Assembly: GCA_050486305.1 (NCBI GenBank)
Contig: JBJHDA010000001.1
Span: 499,071 to 563,070 of the forward strand
Source of the DNA: Candidatus Saccharimonadota bacterium
GTDB lineage: Bacteria; Patescibacteriota; Saccharimonadia; Saccharimonadales; SLHW01
Length of the DNA stretch: 64,000 nt
Direction of reading: 5' to 3'
This document shows positions 19,071 to 27,104 of this stretch, piece by piece; the stretch's first letter is position 1; every line of letters starts with the position of its first letter. Position numbers and translations under genes: made by a program. The notes beneath the pieces were generated by a model. It saw only the letters and a program-made list of their open reading frames with translations. It was not told where the DNA came from and searched no databases.

Positions 19071-19768
19071 TCTTTTGTGTTTGTAGTATCGACTTGGCGA
19101 ATTTCTTCTGTAGCAAGAAAGTAATTACTCACGATTCCAACAATGGTACCGAGCATGGCAAGCCCGAAAAACATAAGAATCATTGCGACGATTCTGCCCT
19201 CAAAAGTTTCCGGATAAATATCGCCATAGCCCACGCTTGTAGCAGAAACAACTGCCCACCATATACCATCAAAGAAGGTATTAACTCTGTCGTTTGCAGC
19301 AGACTCAGCTAAATAAAAGGCAGCACCGCCACAAAATATAACCACAACAGCAAAGAGTGATACGAAAATATAACGAGAGCTGTTACGTGCGTAAAGCTCT
19401 GTTTGCTCACTAATCGCTTTTATTCGAGCGTATAGCCGGACGATTCGCACGAGACGAATCAGCTGGACCGAGCGTAGCGCCTGGAACATGCCGCCTGTTA
19501 TCGGGATCGAAGCGAGCAGCAAGTACCAGTTGGCCTTAAAATACTTCATCTTTTGTTTTGAAGTCACAAATTCATAGGCAAAATCTGCTAAAAACAGAAA
19601 AGCAATCACAACATCTACGGTATAGATCAGGCGTACTTGCTCAGCGAGCAAATCAGCGCTCAGCTCAAACACCAGCAAGCCAGCCGATAGCAGCGCTAGC
19701 GATGCTATCACGATATCACGCAGGAGGGATTGGCGATGCGGCAAGAGCTGGACTGCAAGGGTCTTCAT
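19067..19768 (-). CDS. minimal 6-TM voltage-gated-type potassium channel
   Basis: It has an S4-like helix with Arg at every third position (LRSVQLIRLVRIVRLYARI) and a K+ selectivity filter (TSVGYGDIYP). Confidence 0.85.
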   Translation of the reverse strand: MKTLAVQLLPHRQSLLRDIVIASLALLSAGLLVFELSADLLAEQVRLIYTVDVVIAFLFLADFAYEFVTSKQKMKYFKANWYLLLASIPITGGMFQALRSVQLIRLVRIVRLYARIKAISEQTELYARNSSRYIFVSLFAVVVIFCGGAAFYLAESAANDRVNTFFDGIWWAVVSATSVGYGDIYPETFEGRIVAMILMFFGLAMLGTIVGIVSNYFLATEEIRQVDTTNTKD

Positions 19769-19835
19769 TACCTAGTATTGTAGCAAGTTTATTCTAGTGC
19801 TGCACTTTTGAAATGTTCATACGGGTGCCACGCCA

Positions 19836-20270
19836 TTACAACGGGACACGGCCAGGCTTTAGCCACTGGCTCTCCGTCGGTTTTTGCCAGGCTTCATCCT
19901 GCTGTAGAGACGGAGGTACGGCTTCTCCGCTTGCATATGCGGACCGTTCAGCTTTTTGGCTTTCTACTTTTTCACGAAGAATCGATACGATCGTTTCATT
20001 CAAGCGATAGTCAGGCGAAAAATGATTAATAACACCGTTAACTACCATATCAACTAGGTCATCGAGCTGGTCTTCGTTTCGTACCTCGCAAATATCTACA
20101 AGGCCGCTGAGTATCTGTAGTGTTTCAACATCTCGACGACCAGTTTCAAAATTATGCTCATCTCCTGCTAGCTCTGGGCTCGATGGATGCCGACTAAATT
20201 CTTCTATCTGAAATTGGGGAGCAAGTACATGCTCCTCGCCTGCTGTAGGGTCTGCTTCTAGTGTTCTCAT
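19836..20270 (-). CDS. hypothetical acidic protein
   Basis: 144 aa, preceded by AGGAGAGAG upstream of the ATG. I recognise no domain. Confidence 0.5.
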   Translation of the reverse strand: MRTLEADPTAGEEHVLAPQFQIEEFSRHPSSPELAGDEHNFETGRRDVETLQILSGLVDICEVRNEDQLDDLVDMVVNGVINHFSPDYRLNETIVSILREKVESQKAERSAYASGEAVPPSLQQDEAWQKPTESQWLKPGRVPL

Positions 20271-20289
20271 TTTTTTCTCTCTCCTAACT

Positions 20290-20328
20290 AAAAAACTCCG
20301 AGGGTTCGACTGAGACCTCGGAGTTTTT
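20290..20328. terminator. bidirectional rho-independent-type hairpin
   Basis: aaaaactccgagg / cctcggagttttt forms a 13-bp perfect stem with a 12-nt loop. It has an A-run on the 5' side and a T-run on the 3' side. Confidence 0.7.
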
Positions 20329-20498
20329 CGTTTCTGCTTTTATTATATTCTACGAAGCTTCAGTCGTGGCAAGCTGACCAATTAAAATAATGACTAGAAT
20401 TTCTAGCTGCTGTACTTTTGCCTGCGCCAATGAAGCTATCATATGTCTATATGTACGCCGTTTTGCGCAGCGTGTCAAATCGAGAAAATCAAACCTTC

Positions 20499-20810
20499 CT
20501 ACATATGCTCAATGTCTTTTTTTATTGTCACTGCGTACTCAGAGAAGTACTTTCCGATTTCCGGTAAATCGAATATGGGTAAAATCGCCTCTTTTGGCTC
20601 TCGTTCTAGCAGAAAATAGAAGGATTGTATAAGCAATGTCTCTGGACTAACAGCCCCGTTCGTCAGCTCATCATAAAAATGACGCGATAGGGTAACCGTA
20701 TGGCTGCTTTTTGAATTATCTGCCTGCGAAACAACAGAAACATGGAAGCTTGCTTCCGGGAAACCATGCTGTTTTTCGACGATTACCTCATGATCTGTGC
20801 TGCGATTCAT
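20499..20810 (-). CDS. hypothetical protein co-transcribed with purA
   Basis: 103 aa. Its start overlaps the purA stop by 4 nt. I recognise no motif. Confidence 0.5.
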   Translation of the reverse strand: MNRSTDHEVIVEKQHGFPEASFHVSVVSQADNSKSSHTVTLSRHFYDELTNGAVSPETLLIQSFYFLLEREPKEAILPIFDLPEIGKYFSEYAVTIKKDIEHM

Positions 20811-22084
20811 AGCTGCCCCCGAACGATGGTCTGCTTGCGATCAGGGCCAACCGAAACGACAGTGATTGGCAGGCTTGTTTTGTCTTCAATAAATGACACG
20901 TATTCTTTTAGCTGTTGTGGCAATTTGTTCCAGCTCGTGGCGCTTGTCACGTCTTCCTTCCATGACGTTAACGTCTCGAGCTTTGGCTCGATGCTCTTAT
21001 GCGTCATGTCGTACGGGAGCTGATCTGTTGCCGTTCCATCAAGCTTATATGAGGCGCCCACTTTTAGCTCGCTAAGACCTGATAGCACATCGCTTTTCAT
21101 CATAAATAAGTCCGTTACACCGTTTATCATGCAAGCATATTTGAGTGCAACGATATCAAGCCAACCGCAACGCCGTTCTCTCCCTGTGGTTGAGCCGAAT
21201 TCATTCCCATTTTTTTGTATTTGTATACCGACTTCATCTGTCAACTCCGTCGGGAACGGCCCACTGCCCACACGTGTGCAGTAAGCCTTAAACACGCCAT
21301 ATACTTTACCAATCTGACTCGGCGCGATACCAAGTCCGGTACAAACACCCCCTGCTATCGTATGTGATGACGTGACGAAAGGATATGAACCATAACTGAT
21401 ATCCAGCAGTGTTCCTTGTGCACCTTCAGCTAATACCCGCTTTCCTGCTTTTAATTGTTCGCTCAAGTAATAACTGTCGTCTACTTGTTGTATATTTTTC
21501 AGTTTTTCTATGGCGTCACGCCAGCTTATCAAGTCATCAGTTAAATCGTATTCGTAGTCCAGCCAGGAGAGCTGCTCTTCATGCTTTCGCAGCGTATTTT
21601 CTAACTTGGTTTCGAAATCAGGAGCAAAAATATCACCGGCTCGAAGCCCATGTCGCGACACCTTATCGGTATAAGCCGGCCCAATACCACGGAGCGTGCT
21701 GCCGATTGCCTGTTTGCCTTTTCTTTTTTCGTGTGCTGCATCAAGTAAACGGTGGGTCGGAAGAATCAAGTGGGTTTTTTGTGCGACGAGGATCCTGTCA
21801 CTAACGTCATACCCACCCTCCTTAATCTTAGCCAGTTCCTCCTGAAGAACAACTGGGTCTAAAACCATACCATTACCGATAAGGTTTATTGTGTTTACTT
21901 GAAAAACCCCTGACGGCAGGCAATGCAGGACGTATTTCTTGCCGTCAAACACAAGAGTGTGTCCTGCATTCGGCCCGCCCTGAAAGCGTGCGATAATATC
22001 ATAGTTAGGTGCCAATACATCGACAATTTTTCCCTTGCCTTCATCGCCCCACTGTAAGCCTAGCAATACATCGACTTTATTCAC
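20807..22084 (-). CDS. purA: adenylosuccinate synthetase
   Basis: 425 aa with the P-loop GLQWGDEGKGKIVD plus GPNAGHT, TTGRERRCGW and full-length conservation. Confidence 0.95.
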   Translation of the reverse strand: MNKVDVLLGLQWGDEGKGKIVDVLAPNYDIIARFQGGPNAGHTLVFDGKKYVLHCLPSGVFQVNTINLIGNGMVLDPVVLQEELAKIKEGGYDVSDRILVAQKTHLILPTHRLLDAAHEKRKGKQAIGSTLRGIGPAYTDKVSRHGLRAGDIFAPDFETKLENTLRKHEEQLSWLDYEYDLTDDLISWRDAIEKLKNIQQVDDSYYLSEQLKAGKRVLAEGAQGTLLDISYGSYPFVTSSHTIAGGVCTGLGIAPSQIGKVYGVFKAYCTRVGSGPFPTELTDEVGIQIQKNGNEFGSTTGRERRCGWLDIVALKYACMINGVTDLFMMKSDVLSGLSELKVGASYKLDGTATDQLPYDMTHKSIEPKLETLTSWKEDVTSATSWNKLPQQLKEYVSFIEDKTSLPITVVSVGPDRKQTIVRGQL

Positions 22085-22143
22085 CGTTATTTAGTATAAC
22101 AGCTTATGCTAGACGAATACTTTATTTGCCTTAACCTATTACC

Positions 22144-22386
22144 TTAAATTTCGTACTTTTGCGCGTGCTCATTCAGACTAGAAAGAAACTCTTTCGCCTG
22201 CTTTCTTGTGAGAGCAATACGTGCAACCACATGCTGCTGGTTCGGCTGCGGGAGAGCTTGTGCAAATGTAAACGTTACGACGTTCTCATTTGAACCTATC
22301 AGGTATGAATCTGCGTATAAAACCGGCGTTTTTCCTGGGTCTAAATTAAAATTAACATTGTGCTTTTTATGTGAATCCTCTGCCAT
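22144..22386 (-). CDS. DUF3467 family protein
   Basis: 80 aa. The pattern PVLYADSYLIGSNENVVTFTFAQ...VVARIALTRKQAKEF matches my memory of DUF3467. Confidence 0.6.
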   Translation of the reverse strand: MAEDSHKKHNVNFNLDPGKTPVLYADSYLIGSNENVVTFTFAQALPQPNQQHVVARIALTRKQAKEFLSSLNEHAQKYEI

Positions 22387-22435
22387 TTTCCCTCCTATTT
22401 CTTCTCTATCGTATCAGGTTCGCTATACTGAAGCT

Positions 22436-23023
22436 ATGCCAACTAATAACAAAATAGACGCTGACTTGGTGAAAAATGGAGATAGTCGTAATGTTGTTGA
22501 TGCGTATAAAACCTGGAAGGTGCCAGCAATAAAGAGCGATATGGGCAAGCGTGCCTTCCCGCTTCACGTGGCGATTGAAAACTTTCAGCACGACTATAAT
22601 ATTGGCTCCATCGTTCGTACAGCAAACGCGTGCAACGTTTCTGGTGTGCACATTATTGGTAAACGGCATTGGAATCGACGCGGGGCTATGGCAACGGAAA
22701 AATACTTATCGCTCTTCCATCACCCATCTATTGAAGACTTTCTCAAGTGGCAGAATAAATCAGGCCTATTATTAATCGGCGTTGATAACATTAAAGGAAG
22801 CTTACCACTCAACGAGGCAAGGTTACCTCAAGCAGCGATATACGTCTTTGGGCAAGAGGGACCAGGTCTTTCAAAGCAGATGCAGCAACACTGCGAGTAC
22901 CTTATTGGAATTGAGCAATTCGGCTCCACCCGATCCGTTAACGTTGGGGTGGCAGCAGGCATTATCCTTTACGAGTGGCTTCGACGGAACGCTCTCTCTA
23001 AGAGCGCCGAGAGCAAGAGTTAG
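22436..23023 (+). CDS. TrmH/SpoU family RNA 2'-O-methyltransferase
   Basis: The start is moved from 22208 to the ATG at 22436, because the upstream part overlaps the DUF3467 gene antisense. SpoU motifs are present: NIGSIVRTANACNVSG, VFGQEGPGLS, IEQFGSTRSVNVGVAAGIILYEW. Confidence 0.8.
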   Translation: MPTNNKIDADLVKNGDSRNVVDAYKTWKVPAIKSDMGKRAFPLHVAIENFQHDYNIGSIVRTANACNVSGVHIIGKRHWNRRGAMATEKYLSLFHHPSIEDFLKWQNKSGLLLIGVDNIKGSLPLNEARLPQAAIYVFGQEGPGLSKQMQQHCEYLIGIEQFGSTRSVNVGVAAGIILYEWLRRNALSKSAESKS

Positions 23024-23508
23024 TCCGCAGTTTCGCCGACAGCATCGGTATTAAAATCAACGGACTGCACGTAATAATTCCATGCAGCTTCTTCGGCCTG
23101 GGTCAACTGCTTCGCTTGTTCTATCCACCGTGACAGAGCAATTTCCTCAATGTTAACTTCTTGACCCTTGTTTAATTCTGGAGAGCCTGCTTCTAACGTG
23201 AGGTTCGTTTCCACGTATATAATCTGTGCAGCACTCAACGATACATCGTATTTAAGCCCGAATGTCTGCGTTGCCTTGCGAGCAAGTAGCGTATATGAGT
23301 CTCCGGGCTGCGCAGTATACGTATATTGGGTATACGCTTCTGAGTCATTTAAATCTCCTATAGCAAAATTTTCTGTAGCACTTGAATTTCCGTCATCCAT
23401 TATCGAGTCCAGAATTCCTAGTGCAGAAGCCGAGGCGCCGGAGAGATAAATAAAAAACGCGGCCGATAACACAAAAACTCCTGTATTTATGGCAAGAAGC
23501 ATTTTCAT
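23020..23508 (-). CDS. secreted/anchored hypothetical protein with LysM-like segment
   Basis: 162 aa with an N-terminal hydrophobic anchor. YTAQPGDSYTLLARKA resembles a LysM core, but this is a weak call. Confidence 0.45.
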   Translation of the reverse strand: MKMLLAINTGVFVLSAAFFIYLSGASASALGILDSIMDDGNSSATENFAIGDLNDSEAYTQYTYTAQPGDSYTLLARKATQTFGLKYDVSLSAAQIIYVETNLTLEAGSPELNKGQEVNIEEIALSRWIEQAKQLTQAEEAAWNYYVQSVDFNTDAVGETAD

Positions 23509-23679
23509 TCAACTCTACCTCCTAGCCCACCACGTATTTGTTTTTTAGTAGGCTTATTGTAGCAACCCTGTGTTTGCTGCTCAAGCGAAGTCTCGTTAAG
23601 GCCTGGTGACAAAAACGATGTATTTCTAGCGTAACCACTTTTATTTGGTAGATTTTATGGCATCATACTAGGTAAGACC

Positions 23680-24720
23680 ATGCGAGAAACAGAAATCGAT
23701 TATCGAAGGAATACTCCTGAGCATCGATTTCCTATGGCTCGAAGGTGGGCAGCGGCAGGGATGATTGCGTTAATCGGCACCTTTGGCATACAGAACAAAG
23801 AAACGATCCAAGCATATTACCCATTTATAGATCCTATTTTCGGTGAAGCAGATATTGTACCCGATGTACGTGATTGCCCGCCGATACCAGACGAATACAG
23901 TGAGATACCACTTACTGAAGTCAATGGCTCTGTACATGATGTACGGTCAACTGCTCGTAATTTTGAGTCTGCCGGCATACGACCATTTCAGACTGTCGAG
24001 ACAATCCGGACATTCTTTGACTACCCGCAAGAATCATATACGTCTCCAACTTCTGGCATAGAATTCGTCTTCTATAGTGACGAGGCAGACGCTGGCTGGA
24101 TGGTCGATCCTGAAGCATTTGATGAACTGTTTCATTTTAGCCTGACAGCTGAACACGAGTATGGGCACCCTTCGGTAAACCACGTGGTCAACTGCTTACG
24201 AGAGCGAATCATAGATAATAGAGAGTTCGCTGGCAAAGAATACTCAATTTATATACCAAGCAACCCGCGCACCTGCTTAGGAAACGGTCGAATCATTAAC
24301 CTAGTGAACACCCCCGATGCTGCCTGTCACCAACGGGGCTTCGCCCCGCCAAAGCTCGACGTATCGTACGGTCCCTTTGAAATTATGGAAGGAAAGATTA
24401 TGATTCTCACCGGCGGCAGAAATGATGACACCAGATACACTAGCATGAACATGAACAGGCTCGCCTTTCATGAAAGCATCCACGCAACCACCGTACTGCC
24501 TGGCGAACGCTCATTCCGCATGGACCCAAACGAAAAATGGGCAAAATACCAAGAACGCATTCTGCTTGCTGAACATCGGGAGAAGTTTGATCAAATCGCA
24601 CCGTTTATTACATTCTTTAACGATGTTCCTCCAGAAATCCTGGAAGCAGCGAATAGTCGAGAGCAGCTTAAAGCAGACTTTAGAGCAGCGTTGAAAAATA
24701 ATACCAAAACTGCACAATAA
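23680..24720 (+). CDS. membrane-anchored hypothetical protein with two HExxH motifs
   Basis: 346 aa with an N-terminal TM helix (WAAAGMIALIGTFGI). HEYGH and AFHESIHA motifs are present, and no family is recognised. Confidence 0.55.
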   Translation: MRETEIDYRRNTPEHRFPMARRWAAAGMIALIGTFGIQNKETIQAYYPFIDPIFGEADIVPDVRDCPPIPDEYSEIPLTEVNGSVHDVRSTARNFESAGIRPFQTVETIRTFFDYPQESYTSPTSGIEFVFYSDEADAGWMVDPEAFDELFHFSLTAEHEYGHPSVNHVVNCLRERIIDNREFAGKEYSIYIPSNPRTCLGNGRIINLVNTPDAACHQRGFAPPKLDVSYGPFEIMEGKIMILTGGRNDDTRYTSMNMNRLAFHESIHATTVLPGERSFRMDPNEKWAKYQERILLAEHREKFDQIAPFITFFNDVPPEILEAANSREQLKADFRAALKNNTKTAQ

Positions 24721-25324
24721 TCATATAAACGACGATAATAAACCAAACGGCAATAATCGTAACATTATGCTTGGCGATAAACCGCAAAGTCGGCTGCACC
24801 GCCGGTTGTTTAAACTGAAAGATTTGCTGCCTCACCCCATAAGCAATAACACCGAACATGATTGGTACTACGGCGACCCAAATTACCATACACCACGGGC
24901 AAAGCGCTCGTATAACGAACAAGCTTTGGTAAACAAGATACTGCACAGAAATAAACCCGATTAACGAAGCGCCGAGCACCGCGTTCCAGAACCAGGGCTT
25001 GAGCCTTGCGCCTGCTATCAAAGCAATCCCGAGTGTCATCAGTGCCGCAAAAATACCAACACCAAGCAGCGAGTGTGGTATCCCAAAAAGGCTAGCTTGC
25101 GCACTGTCCATAACAGAGCCGCAACTTAAAATTGGATTAATATCGCAAAGTGGAACGCGACCTGGCTGTTCAAGCGAAGCTATTTTTTCAAGCATTAATG
25201 ACAAAGATGCGATAAATCCAAGGCCCCCAGAAATAACCAAAAATGTCGGCAGAAACCGTTCCCAAGCGAAAGCTCGCTTCGGTTGATGTTCGTCTAGGGT
25301 TGCTACTCTTTGCTTTTTCTTCAT
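24680..25324 (-). CDS. vitamin K epoxide reductase (VKOR) family protein
   Basis: 214 aa with 4-5 TM helices, a loop Cys pair (CDINPILSC) and the active-site CPWC in a TM helix. Confidence 0.8.
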   Translation of the reverse strand: MKKKQRVATLDEHQPKRAFAWERFLPTFLVISGGLGFIASLSLMLEKIASLEQPGRVPLCDINPILSCGSVMDSAQASLFGIPHSLLGVGIFAALMTLGIALIAGARLKPWFWNAVLGASLIGFISVQYLVYQSLFVIRALCPWCMVIWVAVVPIMFGVIAYGVRQQIFQFKQPAVQPTLRFIAKHNVTIIAVWFIIVVYMIIVQFWYYFSTLL

Positions 25325-25390
25325 GGTCTGATATCTGTGAGTCTTGAAAGTTACTTATTTTTTCCTTACACAGTGTAGCATCTTCATTTC

Positions 25391-26263
25391 TTATTTTTCC
25401 GAAAAATCTGTATACGTCACCGTCGTCGGCGTCAGCCGAATAACGATGTAGTATCCCTCCCGAAGCGTCGTTACTGGCGGTGATTTCTTTCCCTCTTTAT
25501 AATTGCGCTCCTGTACGACATGATTGAAGATCTGATCTTGTTTATCTTGACGCGTCTCGACTGTCGCTTCTGCTTGAAGCTGAGCTGTTTGCAGCGATCC
25601 GTCAGCGTGTATCGTCAAAGCGACCCCTGGATTGTTCATAATATTCCTAGCCTTTTGGCTGCCAGACTTGGTTACGATATATATCCTCCCATCATGATCG
25701 AGGACATAGTGAACAACCGCACCGCTGGGCGCACCTGACTTATCGGCCGTTGAAAGTACAGCAACATCATGCTCGGCAATGTAGTCAAATGCCTCTTGGC
25801 TAATTACGTCTTGGAGCTTTGAGTTTTTATCAACTTCCTGAAAATATCGTCCTGAGCTCTGGTCATACTGCCCGCCACTCAGTCGCCGAGATTCGATATA
25901 TTTAATAAAAACATCCGCTGCACGTTTCCCCACAAAACGTAGCGCGTAGTCACCTACCCGAGTCTGTAATGTAACTGATGAAAACGGGCCGGTTGTGTTT
26001 GATTGAATGCCTGAAACGATATCGTAAGTAAGGATGTCTTTAGTGGTAAAAAATGGCTTTCTATCTAGGTAGATCACTCGCTTTTCAGTCGCAACAAGCA
26101 TACACCACCCACCCTGACCTAAACCATAAATCGCACCTCCAATATGCTCGTCCTCATAGATGACGGATGGCAGATAGCGGCCTTCCGCACGAAATAAACT
26201 TAGTGAGTCGATGCCGACATTTGTGAGCTCTTGGTATATTCGATTTTTGTGGCTTTTCGACAT
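25391..26263 (-). CDS. bacterial PH domain / pyridoxamine 5'-phosphate oxidase-family fusion protein
   Basis: The N-terminus is YokE-like bPH (YEDEHIGGAIYG...MLVATEKRVIYLD). The C-terminal PNPOx-like split barrel reads VAVLSTADKSGAPSGAVVHYVLDHDGRIYIVTKSGSQKARNI. Confidence 0.7.
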   Translation of the reverse strand: MSKSHKNRIYQELTNVGIDSLSLFRAEGRYLPSVIYEDEHIGGAIYGLGQGGWCMLVATEKRVIYLDRKPFFTTKDILTYDIVSGIQSNTTGPFSSVTLQTRVGDYALRFVGKRAADVFIKYIESRRLSGGQYDQSSGRYFQEVDKNSKLQDVISQEAFDYIAEHDVAVLSTADKSGAPSGAVVHYVLDHDGRIYIVTKSGSQKARNIMNNPGVALTIHADGSLQTAQLQAEATVETRQDKQDQIFNHVVQERNYKEGKKSPPVTTLREGYYIVIRLTPTTVTYTDFSEK

Positions 26264-26354
26264 CTCACATCTCCCCTATTGTGCTGTCTATATTATAGTA
26301 TATTTAGCTTAAGCACGCCACTGAGGTATACCGCTTATGTTATAGTCGAGTACT

Positions 26355-27104
26355 ATGCGTGACCTAAGCATCCGCTTGATACAACGACGGAGGCGCTTTT
26401 TTGCGTATATCTGTGTCGCCATCGTCTTCTTTGCGGTTATTGCCTCTGAAGAGCGCCAGAGAATCGAGACAAATGCTTCAGCTGCCGATACTGCCCAGGT
26501 AAAAGAGGGCATAAGAAGCGGCATATACACGCTTGCGATTGAAGCGCTCGGAGAACTCGCTGTTCGTGAACGAGTTGACAGAACGGGTTATTCCCGAAGT
26601 AATTTCAGTCCTGGCTGGGCTACAGTAGACGGCTGCGATATGCGTAACCGGATATTGCAACGCGACCTTACGGAGGTTGTGTTAGCTGACGATAACTGTA
26701 CTGTGCTTAGCGGAATACTTAGGGAGGATCCTTTCAGCGGTAAGCGCATAGATTTTGAGCGTGGTCCAGATACCAGTGGTGATATTCATATCGAACATAT
26801 CGTTGCCGTATCAGACGCCTGGCAAAAAGGAGCACAGAATCTTTCGTACGAGGAGCGTTACGAATTTTATAACGATCCACTCAATCTTATTGCAATAGAC
26901 GGCCCAACTAACATGGAAAAGGGAGACAAAGATGCGTCTGACTGGATGCCAGTCCGGCAATACAGGTGTCGTTATGTTGCACGCCAGATAGCAATAAAGC
27001 TGCGCTACGATTTATGGCTTGATTACGCTGAGCACCGAGCTATGAAGCAGAAGCTCGACACCTGCCCAATGCAGGTTCTACCCGTACAGAAAGAAGCCCG
27101 CTAA
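26355..27104 (+). CDS. membrane-anchored HNH/DUF1524-type (GmrSD C-terminal-like) nuclease
   Basis: It has an N-terminal TM helix and a His-Me finger-like block (DIHIEHIVAVSDAWQKGA ... DPLNLIAIDGPTNMEKGDKDASDWMP). Its stop TAA overlaps the comEC ATG as TAATG. Confidence 0.75.
   Translation: MRDLSIRLIQRRRRFFAYICVAIVFFAVIASEERQRIETNASAADTAQVKEGIRSGIYTLAIEALGELAVRERVDRTGYSRSNFSPGWATVDGCDMRNRILQRDLTEVVLADDNCTVLSGILREDPFSGKRIDFERGPDTSGDIHIEHIVAVSDAWQKGAQNLSYEERYEFYNDPLNLIAIDGPTNMEKGDKDASDWMPVRQYRCRYVARQIAIKLRYDLWLDYAEHRAMKQKLDTCPMQVLPVQKEAR

Noticed and set aside
22208-22435. N-terminal 76 codons of the 271-aa ORF containing the SpoU methyltransferase
   Set aside because: This part is antisense to the DUF3467 gene (22144-22386) and has no methyltransferase similarity. 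The ATG at 22436 gives a normal-length TrmH/SpoU protein.
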